From Oopsacas minuta (taxonomy: Eukaryota > Animalia > Porifera): a stretch of 64,000 nt of DNA. Both the position numbers and the translations under genes were made by a program. Within the stretch, counting starts at the first letter, position 1, and each line of letters starts with the position of its first letter. The notes under the pieces are model-generated. The model was not told the DNA's origin and searched no databases. It worked only from the letters and a program-made list of their open reading frames with translations. Positions 1 through 12,166 of the stretch are shown here, in pieces. The stretch lies in contig JAKMXF010000324.1 of the NCBI GenBank assembly GCA_024704765.1, forward strand, positions 280,675 through 344,674, given 5' to 3'.

Positions 1-148
1 AGTCTCTAGCAGCTGTCGCTAATCTGGCGAGACGTGTTTGGAAATTGGGCCCGTGGTTGCCAAGGTATACTCCCCAGATATTCTGCGATAAAATCCTCAA
101 GGTGTGTTCTTGTTCCTGCGTTGAAGCATCTGGATATCTGTTAGCCAT
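1..148 (-). CDS. 5' end of an EEP-superfamily (neutral sphingomyelinase/SMPD2-like) gene; runs off the left edge
   Basis: Not in the ORF track. Manual translation from ATG at 148 gives MANRYPDASTQEQEHTLRILSQNIWGVYLGNHGPNFQTRLARLATAARD, open to the window edge. LRILSQNIWG...R..RL matches the first strand of EEP/sphingomyelinase domains. Confidence 0.65.
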   Translation of the reverse strand, partial: MANRYPDASTQEQEHTLRILSQNIWGVYLGNHGPNFQTRLARLATAARD

Positions 149-453
149 ATTTCTAAATAACTTTGGGTTTTTGATATAATTATTCTTAAACGTATACAAC
201 AAAAGTATATTGAGTGATTGAGGCTTTATAATAAGGTAAAATGCGAGAAATATATTCATAATATTGTAATCACGAGTCTATGCATCGGTCACTTCGCGAC
301 AGATTAAATTTGCAATTATTACCTACGTATTAGTATCAATATTGATTGTTGTTTGCTTGCTTGTCTGTTTATTTATTTGTTTGTTTGTTTGTTGATTTGT
401 TTATTCGTATATTTCTGTAGCGTTATATTAGATATTATATATGTGTTATGTAG

Positions 454-1916
454 GAACTTATAGCTCTCATCAAATCAACTAAAATACCAATAATATGCAT
501 CTGTAATGACAAACAGAACCAAAAAATGAGAAGTCTCATTCACTACTGCTATGACATCACAGTACCTCGTCCTACTACAGATCAGATAAAGGGGGCTATA
601 CTACGGATAGCTTGTAGTGAAGGATTAAGTATACCGCCTAATGCTTTGGAGGAAATGATAGTAGCCTCTAATCATGATGTCAGACAGGTAATTATATTAT
701 CTTATGTAGAGTTGTAAAAATTTTTAGAAAATTTCAGAATTCGGGATTGTATGAACAGTCAACTCCGGTTATATCGAAGCTGAAGGGATCGCGATAGTTA
801 CTCCGATATTAGCGGGTATTTAGATGCATCCTTGTTTGATATAACGGGACTTGACTGTGGTATATTTCAGTTAATGATCACCATTTGACGAGTATTTCGA
901 GGGATCGATTGACGTCACGCTATTCCCTCTAGGTTATTCATAACATTTCAATGTGGACAGCAAATAAGAAGACTTTATCATTCGAAGAAGCGAAAGAGAA
1001 TGCACAAAACTCTAAGAAGGTTACTGCTATGGGTCCATTTGATGTAATAAGAAATGTATTCGCTAGGCAGAATACGAAATCTAACCCTGTTGATGAAAAG
1101 TTGGATTTGTATTTCCAAGATTACTCATTTGGTCCATTATTCGTACAGGAGAATTACCCGCTAATCCGCCCATTTGGGGCTAAAGGGGACCCATTACGTC
1201 ATTTAGAGCTATTGGCCCTTACAGCTGACAGTTTGTCGACAAGTGACATAATTAGTAAACGCATCCGCGGCGCACAGAACTGGAAATTGTTACCAATGGA
1301 AGGTTTCTTCTCAACAGTATATCCCGGAGAATTATTGCAAGGCAACTTCACTGGTAAAATAGAATTCCCAAAATGGTTCGGTAACAATTCTAAATCCAAT
1401 AAATATCAACGAATTGTTGGTGAGTTGTGTACTCATACTAGATTGCATACTTCCGGCTCTGCAGCTGACGTCACGATGGATTATATACCCAGTTGGTATC
1501 AAAAGGTAACACGCGCAATTGTAAGTGAGCAGATACAAGAAGCAGCTGGATTTCTATGTGAGTATGAATTACTGAAAGATGATTGGGACTCCATTGCTGA
1601 ACTGGGGTTGTACTCCGGCCATCGTGACGTCATGAGCCAGGTTGCACCCAAGGTAAAAGCACAGCTGACCCGGATAACCAACAAGGAGCGGGGAACTTTG
1701 CATTATAAAGTTGACCAAAGTTTCAGGAAATTGAAAGTTAAACAGGATGATGAGTTTGGAGATCTAGATGCTGATGATGAAATAATTGGGACAGAAGAGA
1801 GTGAGGATTTATCTCAAAACCAAATGATTCAACGCAAAACAGTAGCTCCATCTACTAAAAAGAAGCCTGCTGCAAAAAAATCAACACAAAAACCAAAGAA
1901 AAGCAATAAAAAATGA
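454..1916 (+). CDS. RFC1: Replication factor C subunit 1, last two exons (454-687, 933-1916); 5' part lies outside the window
   Basis: ELIALIKSTKIPIICICND (AAA+ sensor region), LYFQDYSFGPLFVQENY, FPKWFGNNS and an acidic/basic tail. AG/GT boundaries at 452-453, 688 and 931-932 keep the frame. Confidence 0.93.
756..857. mobile_element. MITE family A (pogo/Tigger-like, TIR CAGTCAACTC..TTATATCGAA) in the RFC1 intron
   Basis: CAGTCAACTCCGGTTATATCGAA ... TTTGATATAACGGGACTTGACTG terminal inverted repeats. Confidence 0.75.
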
Positions 1917-2290
1917 GCAAAAATGTATTTTCTCGATCTTTCCAACTTACATATGTACTTAAGCTGAGGCCTGCTATTGTAGTAGTACTGTATCGGTTGA
2001 ACACAGCTATTTTCATTAATGTTACATTCAATTGTGGTATACTTAGACATTATTGTTTATTTTCTGATACTCATTAGCATCTCAATCAAATAATTGTGAA
2101 TTTGTTCAACAAGCGAATGGTGAAATCGTAAAAGTTACTATTCTTTTGTGGATTTTCCTCCCACTATAACCACGATTATTCCTTGATATACTTAACTGAT
2201 TCTACTCCGCTTGTAGCGAAATGAACCGGGGAGCACTTCGTTACAACAAGAGTTTACTGTACTTAACTTTCTTAGAATATTTTTAGCAAA

Positions 2291-2536
2291 ATGCACGAAC
2301 CTCTACACAAACATATGCACTCCACTAAATGTATAAAGATAATTGAAGCTTTGAATAAATGCCACAAAGAGAATAAATTCGGAAAATTCTTCGGAGCTTG
2401 TAATGACCTGAAGAGAGCATTAGACTCTTGTCTTACTGAAGAATACACTGCTAGGAGGGAGAGAAATTATGATGGCAGCGTTATACGGAAGTACAAGATG
2501 AGATTACTTACTGAGAGAGAGAAAGCAAATGAATAA
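2291..2536 (+). CDS. CMC2: COX assembly mitochondrial protein 2 (twin CX9C), intronless
   Basis: MHEPLHKHMHSTKC-x9-CHKENKFGKFFGAC-x9-CL: twin CX9C motif with the CMC2-type N-terminus. Confidence 0.85.
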   Translation: MHEPLHKHMHSTKCIKIIEALNKCHKENKFGKFFGACNDLKRALDSCLTEEYTARRERNYDGSVIRKYKMRLLTEREKANE

Positions 2537-2973
2537 TTCACTTCTAATCCTTTATATCATTAAATATTCTTAAGTTCACACTTTCAATGTTATACTAGCG
2601 ATAATATGATAGTGTTTAAGAGGTCTTAGAATTGCCCTATCATCAAATATTGTCTCAGTTTAGCCAAATTAGTGAAAAATAGAAACATGTCCACCATCCA
2701 AAAAATCCTGGAGCAAGTGGAACACCGACCCTGTGACCCTGACATCTCCCCTGATATCGAATACTGACTTCAATGCTCTAATTACAAGTTTCAATTAATA
2801 GATCATTAACGAACTTTGCTAACCAAAATTACACCACAATCATACTATCTACAATACTAACAATAATATTAATTGCCAGCCTACGAGGCCATCACTGAAC
2901 TTTGGTGACAACTTTCTATATACTTTTGTAAAAGCACTATTTTACGCTATATTATAATTATTTTTTAGCTCAA

Positions 2974-3954
2974 ATGCTAGTAGGTAAAAGACAGCTACCA
3001 TTTCTGCTTAGTATTGGATTACTAATAATCCTATCTCTGTTATATTTTGGATTCACAGCAAGACATCTAATAGAAGTGCACCTTTTATCAGGTATACTCA
3101 TTACACTCATTTCTGGACTCCTATTCCTATTCTCACTCATAAATTTTCTCGTTACCTCCTTCATTGACCCAGGTTACTACCCAATAAATACGAATAACGA
3201 TGAATACGAGGTAATACAGCATGGTATAAGTAAAAGTATCACAGTAACCGGCGGAGCTACTTTCTCTATGCGGTGGTGTGATGAATGTAAGCATTATCGA
3301 CCGCCACGTAGTCATCATTGCTGTGTATGTGAGATGTGTGTGGAGAATTTTGACCATCACTGTCCATGGGTGGATAATTGTGTCGGTATGAAGAACTACA
3401 GGTACTTCGTGTTATTCATAACGTCACTGATCCTATACATTTTGTTTGGGATAGGCACTACTATTGCCGCGATTGTATTGAAGCGTGATTCCCTATTAGA
3501 AGTAATAGTAGAATTTATGTTAGCTATTATATTACCTATTTCCTTGATTCCTATTCTCGCCCTCGCGGTTTTTCATTTCTATCTCATGATAATTGGTAAG
3601 ACAACTTTTGAGCAGATCAAATCAGAAGACCCGAGTCCTTACAATAAAGGATTTTTCTGTAACCTATATCTAACATTTTTCACACCAGCTCACCCTAAAT
3701 ACCAGAAATTCGAGCCTTCCCGTACTGTCCGCAAGCAGATAACAACACTAGAGCGTGATCGGAATGTGGATAAAGTTCCTGACTCTATGGATATTACCTG
3801 TGGACCTGAGGTTATCGTCCGCGTGGCTGCTCCAACATTCAATTACAATTTACGTAACGGGAGTTACACATCAATAGGTGAAAAAATGAACTTATACACA
3901 CAAATGAATTCTACACATTCACACACAGATTCCTTAGCAACGTCAGATATATAA
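2974..3954 (+). CDS. DHHC palmitoyltransferase (ZDHHC5/8/9-like), intronless
   Basis: RWCDECKHYRPPRSHHCCVCEMCVENFDHHCPWVDNCVG (DHHC-CRD), four TM segments, DPG and TTFE motifs. Confidence 0.93.
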   Translation: MLVGKRQLPFLLSIGLLIILSLLYFGFTARHLIEVHLLSGILITLISGLLFLFSLINFLVTSFIDPGYYPINTNNDEYEVIQHGISKSITVTGGATFSMRWCDECKHYRPPRSHHCCVCEMCVENFDHHCPWVDNCVGMKNYRYFVLFITSLILYILFGIGTTIAAIVLKRDSLLEVIVEFMLAIILPISLIPILALAVFHFYLMIIGKTTFEQIKSEDPSPYNKGFFCNLYLTFFTPAHPKYQKFEPSRTVRKQITTLERDRNVDKVPDSMDITCGPEVIVRVAAPTFNYNLRNGSYTSIGEKMNLYTQMNSTHSHTDSLATSDI

Positions 3955-4426
3955 AGGAATGCCAGATTATTTTTCTGTATTTTAAAGTGGGTGTATTTGA
4001 TTTGTACTTTTCTGGGAAAAGTTAACTTGATGGATATGTTTTGATTAATTAGCCCAATTGTTTGCCCCCTTATAATTAATGCATAATATTAATAACATTA
4101 ATAAACTGTATATTCTAATTCACAATAATCTTTGTATTGTAGGGGAGGACTTGGGTTGAATGTAATGGGAGCTTAGGACAATTTTTCAATTTCGGACTTC
4201 AATAGAAGCATTTATAACAGGAGGTTAATTACGTTAATGTCCACTTACACCATTTCGGTGCATATTTGTACAATTCAAGACAAATATCGAAGCCTTAACT
4301 TGTACAAATATGCTCCCAAACCCGTCAAAGTAACCTGTCAGTCATAGGTTATATCTAAGTGATTATCACGGTGCCTTGAGCTTCGGTATTACGGGAGTTT
4401 ACTTGCTTATTATATTCCATTTAGTT

Positions 4427-5464
4427 ATGAGGTTTACACTGAAAGACATTTGTAAGTATTTCAATGTACCTCACGCAACTTTCGCATTGAGTTTCCTCGC
4501 CTTTTCCTTCTTACTTGCTCTTTACTTAGACGGAATTCTTCAAATAAGTATTTGGGTAGTATTCATACCCTTATGGATTTGGGATATAGCTACTCTGCTG
4601 GGTATAATCTTCACTCTAACATTATGGCATACCAAGTACCATTCTCGTTGTCAGGATGATACAGCTAAGCATTACTTTCATAGCATCCTCCCTAGCATGT
4701 TCACAATGTTGCTGCTGATATCTTTTGAGCTGTTAGTTTGTATAAATCTCAGTCTATCTCTTCCAATATACTTCGTAGTCACGTGTATGCCTTTATTCAT
4801 CATCTCCATCTTTTCAATATTCTCCATTTTATGTACTCTAGGCACCAAACGTGTTTTTGTAGTTTATTATGACATTCATTTGGTGTTGTCATGGTTACAA
4901 GTTCTTTTTCTTGGTTTAAGAGTTGATACGATTGTAACATGGCACTGGGCGAATACCTTTATACCATCTTGGTTGCTACTTGTAGTCGATATATTCCTTT
5001 ATATAACTCTAGTGTTAATTATCTATAAGATAAGAATTGGTCGGATCGGAGAGCACAGAGCTAAAACACGAATAAAAGTCCAATTTTGGTCATTCACAAT
5101 TCTATTTCCATTTTTCCATATCTTAACAACCGCGTTCTTGATACTATTAGTTATCAAACTTGAGACAGCTGATAATTTGTATTTCTCCATCCTATTTATT
5201 CCTCTTTACTTAATTCTACTGCTACTGATCCTATGTTCCGCAGTTGTTAATAGGAGTAACCCGTTATGGTTTGGATTACGGACATCGTTTTTTGAAGGTT
5301 TGATTAAATTCTGTCCGATCTTCCAAGACCTTGTGAACATCTCATATTCCACTTCAGCTCCAAACGAGGATAGAGAATCGCTACATGTACCAAATAATGG
5401 ACATAATCAAGATACACATGATCCAGCTATTGTGCCATATAAGGACATTCTTTCACCAGATTAG
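4427..5464 (+). CDS. TMEM185: TMEM185-family multipass membrane protein, intronless
   Basis: Repeated W..VFIPLW / W..TFIPSW TM hairpins, FELLVC, and C-terminal NPLWFGLR...NISY. First ATG is at 4427 (the track start 4376 is TTG). Confidence 0.8.
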   Translation: MRFTLKDICKYFNVPHATFALSFLAFSFLLALYLDGILQISIWVVFIPLWIWDIATLLGIIFTLTLWHTKYHSRCQDDTAKHYFHSILPSMFTMLLLISFELLVCINLSLSLPIYFVVTCMPLFIISIFSIFSILCTLGTKRVFVVYYDIHLVLSWLQVLFLGLRVDTIVTWHWANTFIPSWLLLVVDIFLYITLVLIIYKIRIGRIGEHRAKTRIKVQFWSFTILFPFFHILTTAFLILLVIKLETADNLYFSILFIPLYLILLLLILCSAVVNRSNPLWFGLRTSFFEGLIKFCPIFQDLVNISYSTSAPNEDRESLHVPNNGHNQDTHDPAIVPYKDILSPD

Positions 5465-5520
5465 TTGAGACTGTTGAGTGAATATTTTGAGATTGTTTAA
5501 ATAGCAAAGTTGTTTGTATG

Positions 5521-5556
5521 TTTGTTTGTTTGTTTGTTTGTTTGTTTGTTTGTTTG
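5521..5556. repeat. (TTTG)9 microsatellite
   Basis: Perfect run read directly. A degenerate TTTG/TTTA tract also lies at about 345-410. Confidence 0.95.
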
Positions 5557-5837
5557 TGGGATATAAACATTTGCAATTAAGTTTTTAAGATTTAATAATA
5601 TTTGTTAATTTTATCAAATTCCTATAGATTTTCCATAGAAAAATCTAGAATTACAAACTGCACAGAAGTGATTTTAGATTTTTGTTAGAAATATCTCTTT
5701 TGTGTAAATTTGATATTCCTTACAGGTAAGATGGTTATTATATATTAGGCACTATTTGTATGTTTATAGATTTACTCAAACTACAACTTAATATTTGTAG
5801 ATATTATTCAGAATTATCAAATTCAACAGACAAAGAA

Positions 5838-7106
5838 ATGGCTAGCGTAGAAGTGAAAATAAACTTTATCGAACAAGTAAAAGAGAGTAGAAAGAAGATT
5901 AGAGACTGCTTCAAGAGGTCACAAGAAGCTCTACAATTCAGAGAGAGTATCCTCCTCTCTCGTATCGATGAAATCGAGAAAGACTATAATAGCAAAAATC
6001 AGGAAATGCAGGAGTTATTGGAAGCTTTGAATAAATCAAAATCGTTTATTACAGACACTCTGACTTCTAATAAACTTAAAACCACTCATCGAGGAATAGA
6101 ATCACTAATAAATAAACAGATCGAGGAACTAACAGTCGACACAGACAGTAGTATTGCATTTGAATGGAACAATCAATTCGAGACTAACATAGAACAGCTA
6201 GGGAGTATTCAGCTTAACGGTCAGACTAACATATCTCCCAACCACACCTTCCCTGTTCAAGGAAAGCCTGTTGTACCTGACTACAAGGCTAAACAGCTGC
6301 CTACTGCTTACTGCTGTAAGAATTCAGACAAGAAAGCTCCAGGAGAACTGAACTGTCCCAGGGGTATAGCAATACATTACCAAACTGGAAATATTTACAT
6401 AGCGGATTGTAACAACCATCGTGTACAAGTATTTACCAGTAACGGAGACTATCTCTTCATGTTCAGTGAGAAGATGAACAAGCCAATAGGTATCTGTATA
6501 TTTCAAAATAAAGTGTTTGTTACACAATATCTTGGTCATTGCATTAATAAGTACGAGCTAGAAGGGAAACTAATCAAGAGTGTTGGTAGTAGAGGGAATG
6601 GAGAAGCTCAGTTCAACGATATATACGGTCTAGATGTCTCCGATAGAAATAGCAATGTGTACGTATGTGATTGTAATAATAAAAGAGTTCAAATCTTAAC
6701 TCAAGAACTCAAGTTCCATTCCATGCTAGGAATAGACTTGTTTAACCATCCACGTGATGTTAAGGTTACAAGAGACAGAGTATTGGTGCTAGATGACAGT
6801 GATCCGTGTATGTTTGTGTTCAATTCAGATCACGTTCTAACCAACAGACTGATAACTAGAGGTGATGGCAAACAAACTAAAAGTGCATACTGTTTCGACA
6901 TAGACAGAGACTATAACATCATTTTGAGTGACTTCGCTAATCACTGTGTGTACATATTCAATCAGGAGGGAGAACAGATACACAAGTTTGGGAAGAAAGG
7001 TCAGGGTATCGGGGAGTTCATTAATCCATATGGAATAGCACTAGACAACACAGGACATATTATAGTTATGTGTCAGAAGAATACTAATTGTCTACAATCC
7101 TTCTAA
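5838..7106 (+). CDS. Coiled-coil + 6-bladed NHL beta-propeller protein, copy 1 (intact, intronless)
   Basis: N-terminal helical region ([23 protein letters not shown]), then six NHL repeats (P.GIA...GNIYIAD..NHRVQVF). No RING or B-box. ATG at 5838. Confidence 0.92.
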   Translation: MASVEVKINFIEQVKESRKKIRDCFKRSQEALQFRESILLSRIDEIEKDYNSKNQEMQELLEALNKSKSFITDTLTSNKLKTTHRGIESLINKQIEELTVDTDSSIAFEWNNQFETNIEQLGSIQLNGQTNISPNHTFPVQGKPVVPDYKAKQLPTAYCCKNSDKKAPGELNCPRGIAIHYQTGNIYIADCNNHRVQVFTSNGDYLFMFSEKMNKPIGICIFQNKVFVTQYLGHCINKYELEGKLIKSVGSRGNGEAQFNDIYGLDVSDRNSNVYVCDCNNKRVQILTQELKFHSMLGIDLFNHPRDVKVTRDRVLVLDDSDPCMFVFNSDHVLTNRLITRGDGKQTKSAYCFDIDRDYNIILSDFANHCVYIFNQEGEQIHKFGKKGQGIGEFINPYGIALDNTGHIIVMCQKNTNCLQSF

Positions 7107-7306
7107 CTGACTGAAGAATTCTTTATAATTTGTACTAATTATTGAAATAGTTTATTGTTTACCATTTTGTTTACTTTATTGATAATGATTATTTCCAGTT
7201 TTGTAGAGTTTATCTTATCTAAAGTGAAAGTTAATTGTGTTAAGGAAAAATGACATAAAAATAGGTTAAGACTTGATAATTATATTTTATTCATTTATAA
7301 TAAAGC

Positions 7307-8290
7307 ATGGCTACTCAAGTAGAGACACTACATAAAGAACAATTATCATCAGAAGAGAACAAACAAACTGACACCACAGCTGGAGAACAGCTGACTTCTA
7401 ATCCAACTCATCCACTACAGAATGAATGGACTCTATGGTTCTTCCAGCAAGACTCTACCAAAGACTGGGGAGATTGTTTTCAAGAAATTATTTCATTTAA
7501 TACTATTGAAGGTTTTTGGTCTTGTTTCAGGTAATATTACGTTCTTTTACTTTTATGCTTAACACTCCTGCCCTATACCAATTTCAAACATCCTGTAGAC
7601 CCCCTGCTGTCGTTCGTGAACTACCAAGGGATCCATGGACCCCAGGTTACGAACCGCTAGCTTAGAAATAAGAACGAGTTCATAGATACATTATGTTCCA
7701 CACACGCACATTTCAAATTTCAGTTTTTAGATGTAAACTGGGGCAATACATTAATAGTTTTGAGTTATATCTCATTTTCTAATATTTGTAGATTCACGTT
7801 AGAGAATTTTGTTGAAACTATTTCTTTTAAGGTACATAAAGCCTCCAGACCGTCTCCTAACAACTGCAACTATTCCGTATTCAAGAAAGGAATTCGTCCC
7901 ATGTGGGAAGATCCAGCAAACATGCAAGGAGGCCGTTGGCTGATACAGATAACTCGGGTTAAGGAAGGTATCGGAAAAGCTTCCACTGCTCATTGGTTTG
8001 AGACTCTAATGCTATTGATTGGAGAGGCATTTATCGACGAACAATCTCCCAAAGATGAGCAGCCACTTTCAAATGATATCTGCGGAGCTGTCATAGAAAT
8101 TAAACAGAAGAACGACCGTCTTGCCCTATGGAGCAGAGATTTGAATAAAGCTAGACAAGACCGTATTGGTAAAATCTTAAAGAATACTTTACAAAAACAC
8201 GCGGGACTCTCCAATTTCGTTTTGTTCCAATTCTTCTCCCACGCTGACTCTTCTAAAGAAGGCAAATCTAAAGTCATATGTCAAGTTTAG
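7307..8290 (+). CDS. EIF4E: Class I eIF4E cap-binding protein; 2 exons (7307-7530, 7832-8290) with an apparent 1-nt deletion at about 7857
   Basis: HPLQNEWTLWF..DW..FNTIEGFW, KKGIRPMWEDPAN..GGRW, DRLALW; all cap-related Trp residues present. Restoring one C gives WSCFRYIKPPDRLPNNCNYSVFK with canonical W-to-C spacing. Confidence 0.9.
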
Positions 8291-8733
8291 TTCCTTAATT
8301 CACTCATTTCAAACATTATTAGTTCTCGATAATTCATACAGCAGATTCTTAGTTCGTACTTAGTGCATGTACTGCCATATAAACATGTATAGAGTATTTA
8401 TCAGTATTCCTATACACAAATTTATTCTCATAGCTCATATGTATTGAGTATTTATCAGGTGTTTGGCGGGCATTATCCCATAAGTTTTTCCAGAGTTGGG
8501 GGGATTGAGACCTACATCAGGGGGCGCGAATATTTCCCCTCAGCGTTTCCCTAGCAAACACCTTGGCCAAGGATACTGAATAAGAGTTCATAGGCCAATC
8601 CCTTGTGATATAAATATATGTTACTTTGACGTGTTGGGACCATATTTTACTATTTTGATATAAGTGTGTTCTATATGACGGGAGTTAACTGTTACTTATC
8701 TCCATACACTAGACAGTTATATAATTCTGGATA

Positions 8734-11582
8734 ATGAGCTCATCAAAAGGTGTTACAAAATCAAAAGCACAAAGTGCTAAAGAGAGCAGAGCTACAAAAC
8801 AGCAAGAAACAGGTGCTTGTAAGAATCCTTCTCAGCACGATAAACCCTCTACTAAATCGCCTTCTAAAACAACTGAATATTGTTCGAAGAAATATCCTAC
8901 AACTTCTCCTAGTGTAAAACACAAACCTCAAGGAGGTCCGTATAAAGATATAAAATCTGAACACGGGTATGTCCCTCCCAACAGACCAAGTTATGCTACT
9001 CTAGGTAGTTCTCTTACAGTGATTATAAATTTCTTCCCAATTAAAATACCAAACATAACTATACACCAGTATGACGTCACAATATTCGATTCATCCACTG
9101 GTGGTGAAAATGACGAAAAAACCGAGGAACAAACAGCTGAGTACAGACGTACTGTTAGCAACAAATACGTGTGTAGAAATGTAATAAATGTGTTATCTAA
9201 TACGCAATTAAAGAGCGAATACCCAGCTTATGATGGTCGATCTATTCTCTATCTAAAAGATCGTATAGATGTACGCAGATACACTGTAGAATGGAAAGAT
9301 GAGGAAGATGGTAAGAGAGTTAGACAGCATGAAGTTGTGCTAAAACACACTGCACACATTGATCTATCTGTTATAACAGGATTAACTCAACGGGAACATC
9401 AGTTTGATTCAATGACTAATCATGATGAATTCCTAAGTCGCCATCAGGTTGCTACGAATGCGGTAGATACTATCTTCAAACAATTCGCAGCTGCCAGATA
9501 TACCCCATCGGGTAGAGGTTTTTACTGGTATTGTAAGGGTCGAGACTTTGATTTGGGTTCAGAACTTGAACTTTGGAAAGGATTTACACAATCTGCGAGG
9601 CCTGGTCAGAAACAGGCGTATTTGAATATTAACATGTCATATCGTCCATGTATTAAACCGTGGTATCTACTTGACTACCTCTGGGAAGTTTTATATTATC
9701 TCAAAGATTTCGAAGAATTATGTAATGAAGCTATACTGGAAGATGCTGCTAAGGAAATATTCTATCTAGAATTGTATACTGACCATCTAGGGCATAAACG
9801 TAAGTATAAGGTAAAACGAGATAAGGTTTTCCTTCAACCTGCAAATAAAGAGACATTCCTATGCGATGGAAAGGTAGTTACGGTGCAAAAATATTTCAAA
9901 AATCATTATAAAAAGGAGCTAAAATACCCCGATCTTCCCTGTATCGATGTCGGAAGAGGCGATAAGGTAATCGCGTTACCAATGGAGATCTGTTATATAA
10001 AAGAAGGTCAAAGGTCAAATAATGAAATGACCTCTAAACAGAAGCGTAAAATGGTTGAAACGACTTCTGTGCCTCCTATTAACAGACAAGATGATATCAA
10101 ATCTATAGCAATTGAAATGTTACCTCCTGATGATCCGTTACGAAATTACTACAAAATCGAAACCAGTAACGCTATGGTCAAGGCGGAGTGTCGCCAGTTA
10201 CCACCTCCAGTGATAAACTATAACAAAAATACTTCTCTCAAACCAAACTATGGAAAGTGGCAATTAGGCGGTTATAAATTGGTTGAACCTATTCCAGTAT
10301 ATTTATGGGCTATCCTACACTTCAGTAATTTCAGTAAAGAAGATGGGTACGTCCGTTATAATGCATTTATTAATCAAATGCAGAGGCAAGCTGGCGATAA
10401 AGGCATTCATATGGAAAGGCCAGTAAATGAGAAAATATTAACAGAAGTAATTTAAGGAAAGGTTTAGATGAAATTAATACATTGATACGGGATACTTGTG
10501 ATAAACACGGGAGAGAGCTACAGCTAATACTATGTATCATAGACCGTGAGCTAAAAGGCAAATCATTTAACAGTGGTGATATCTACAATAATATTAAGCT
10601 AATAGGAGATTCTAAGCTTAACATAGTTACTCAATGTATTGACCAGAAAAATGCTATAGCAATGAATGGCTCAACTTTAGGCGGAATATGTTTGAAAATT
10701 AACGCTAAACTTGGTGGGATAAATCACTACGCGACGGTACACACCACTGACCCTCTTCTAATTGATACAATGATCTTGGGAGCTGATGTCAATCATCCCA
10801 AGCCAGGGCCTACGATGTATGATTCCCCTTCAATTGCAGTCGCATGTGTTGCATTAGACAGAGAAATATCACGGTATTACAGTACTTGTCGCTTTCAGAA
10901 GAATATATACAATGCAAAACAAAGACAGGAGATTATAGTCGAATTTGAGAGTATGTGTGATGAACTATTAAATGAATACGAAAAGTTTAATAACGAATTG
11001 CCTAAGAAAATTCTATTTTACAGAGACGGAGTGTCAGAAAGTCAATTTCAATTCTGTCTTAACCATGAATTACCAGCAATAAAGCGTGCTTGTATGAAAT
11101 TTGCCAAAGATTTCAACCCTAAAATTACGCTAGTTTGTGTACAGAAGCGACACCATATGAGAATGTTTGAAATACAAAAGGAGAATACTATCAAAAATGT
11201 AAATCCCGGTACATATCTTGATCACACTATAACACATCCATACGAGTATGATTTCTATCTGTGTAGCCACGCGGCCATGAAAGGTACTGCAAGAGCTGCG
11301 CACTATCATGTTCTCCATGATGAGATTAAATACACCCCTAATCAGCTGTTTACCATAACTAATCAGCTGTGTTATTGCTACTCAAGATGCACTAAGTCAG
11401 TTTCAATTCCTCCTCCAGTATATTATGCAGATCTAATAGCTTACAGATATATGAATTGTTTTGACGCTTATAGAGGTAAAAGGAACATTGTACAGAATCA
11501 AGATCCTGATAAAATAGACTGGGATCTTTATCGTAAGAAAGTTAATATTGAAATGCTGCCCGGAAAGATGTTCTGGGCATAA
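8734..11582 (+). CDS. AGO: Argonaute (AGO clade; N-L1-PAZ-MID-PIWI), intronless, split by a frameshift at about 10431-10452
   Basis: PAZ (KYFKNHYK..LKYPDLPCI), MID (YNNIKLIGD..VTQC, KINAKLGG), PIWI (GADVNHP, RQEII, YRDGVSE, YYADL). ORFs 8734-10455 and 10482-11582 overlap in open frames from 10431. Confidence 0.93.
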
Positions 11583-11963
11583 CAACCAGTATGTAGGTTA
11601 GTTATTTACTCTCAGTAGTTTATAGATATTAGTAGGATTTACAGTTAGGAAGTGCTCGTTCCTTATAAAGGTAGTTATAAGCTAGGTTAGAGGATGTATA
11701 TTTCCCAACTTGTACTTTCAATAATTATTTATTGTAGGTTTCTTGTGTGTGTTTAGATATGATATATTATTGTGTGATATCATATTGTTATGGGTACGGG
11801 GTGATAGAATTGTGTTAAGGGATTAAAGAACTATTATTTATATTGCTTTTTAGAGGAATTTGAAGTATTAGAGTCTGTTAATTCAGTGTATTTTACTGAT
11901 ACAGAGATTCTATCAGTTCCATAGCCATTGAAATTTACAAGCACAATTCTCATCTACTAACTA

Positions 11964-12096
11964 CAGTCAACTCCCATTAGACCGAAGCTTAAAGGGATAA
12001 TTACTTCGATATGACCCATGAATATATGTTGCTTTGACGGTTTGGGAGTACATTTGTCGATATACGCGGGTATTTCGGTATAACAGGAGTTGACTG
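11964..12096. mobile_element. MITE family A
   Basis: TA|CAGTCAACTCC...GGAGTTGACTG|TA: TIRs with TA target duplication. Confidence 0.85.
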
Positions 12097-12166
12097 TAAA
12101 ATAATTCGAATAATGTAAGTCATCTAAACGTCTTTTGTGTAATACTAGTTATATAGAAAATTAGAA

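Noticed and set aside
688-932. MITEs acting as introners that create the introns
   Set aside because: Element ends lie tens of bases inside the splice sites in every case checked.
2685-2800. GC-richer patch between CMC2 and the DHHC gene
   Set aside because: Only short frames on either strand, with no motif or convincing splice pair; left uncalled.
6324-6539. Conserved antisense 71-aa ORF, also at 14538-14753 and 42058-42273
   Set aside because: A shadow of the near-identical NHL coding strand; its recurrence is explained by paralogy.
7792-7831. Upstream acceptor at 7791 giving an in-frame eIF4E without any indel
   Set aside because: Possible, but it inserts 13 residues and loses the YIKPPDRL segment whose spacing matches the family; a missing C fits better.
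7307-8290. eIF4E being the repressive 4EHP (class II) type
   Set aside because: Both Trp43- and Trp56-equivalent residues are Trp, which defines class I.
10423-10444. A 22-nt GT-AG micro-intron repairing the Argonaute frame
   Set aside because: Removing it gives CCA AAG TAA, an immediate stop.
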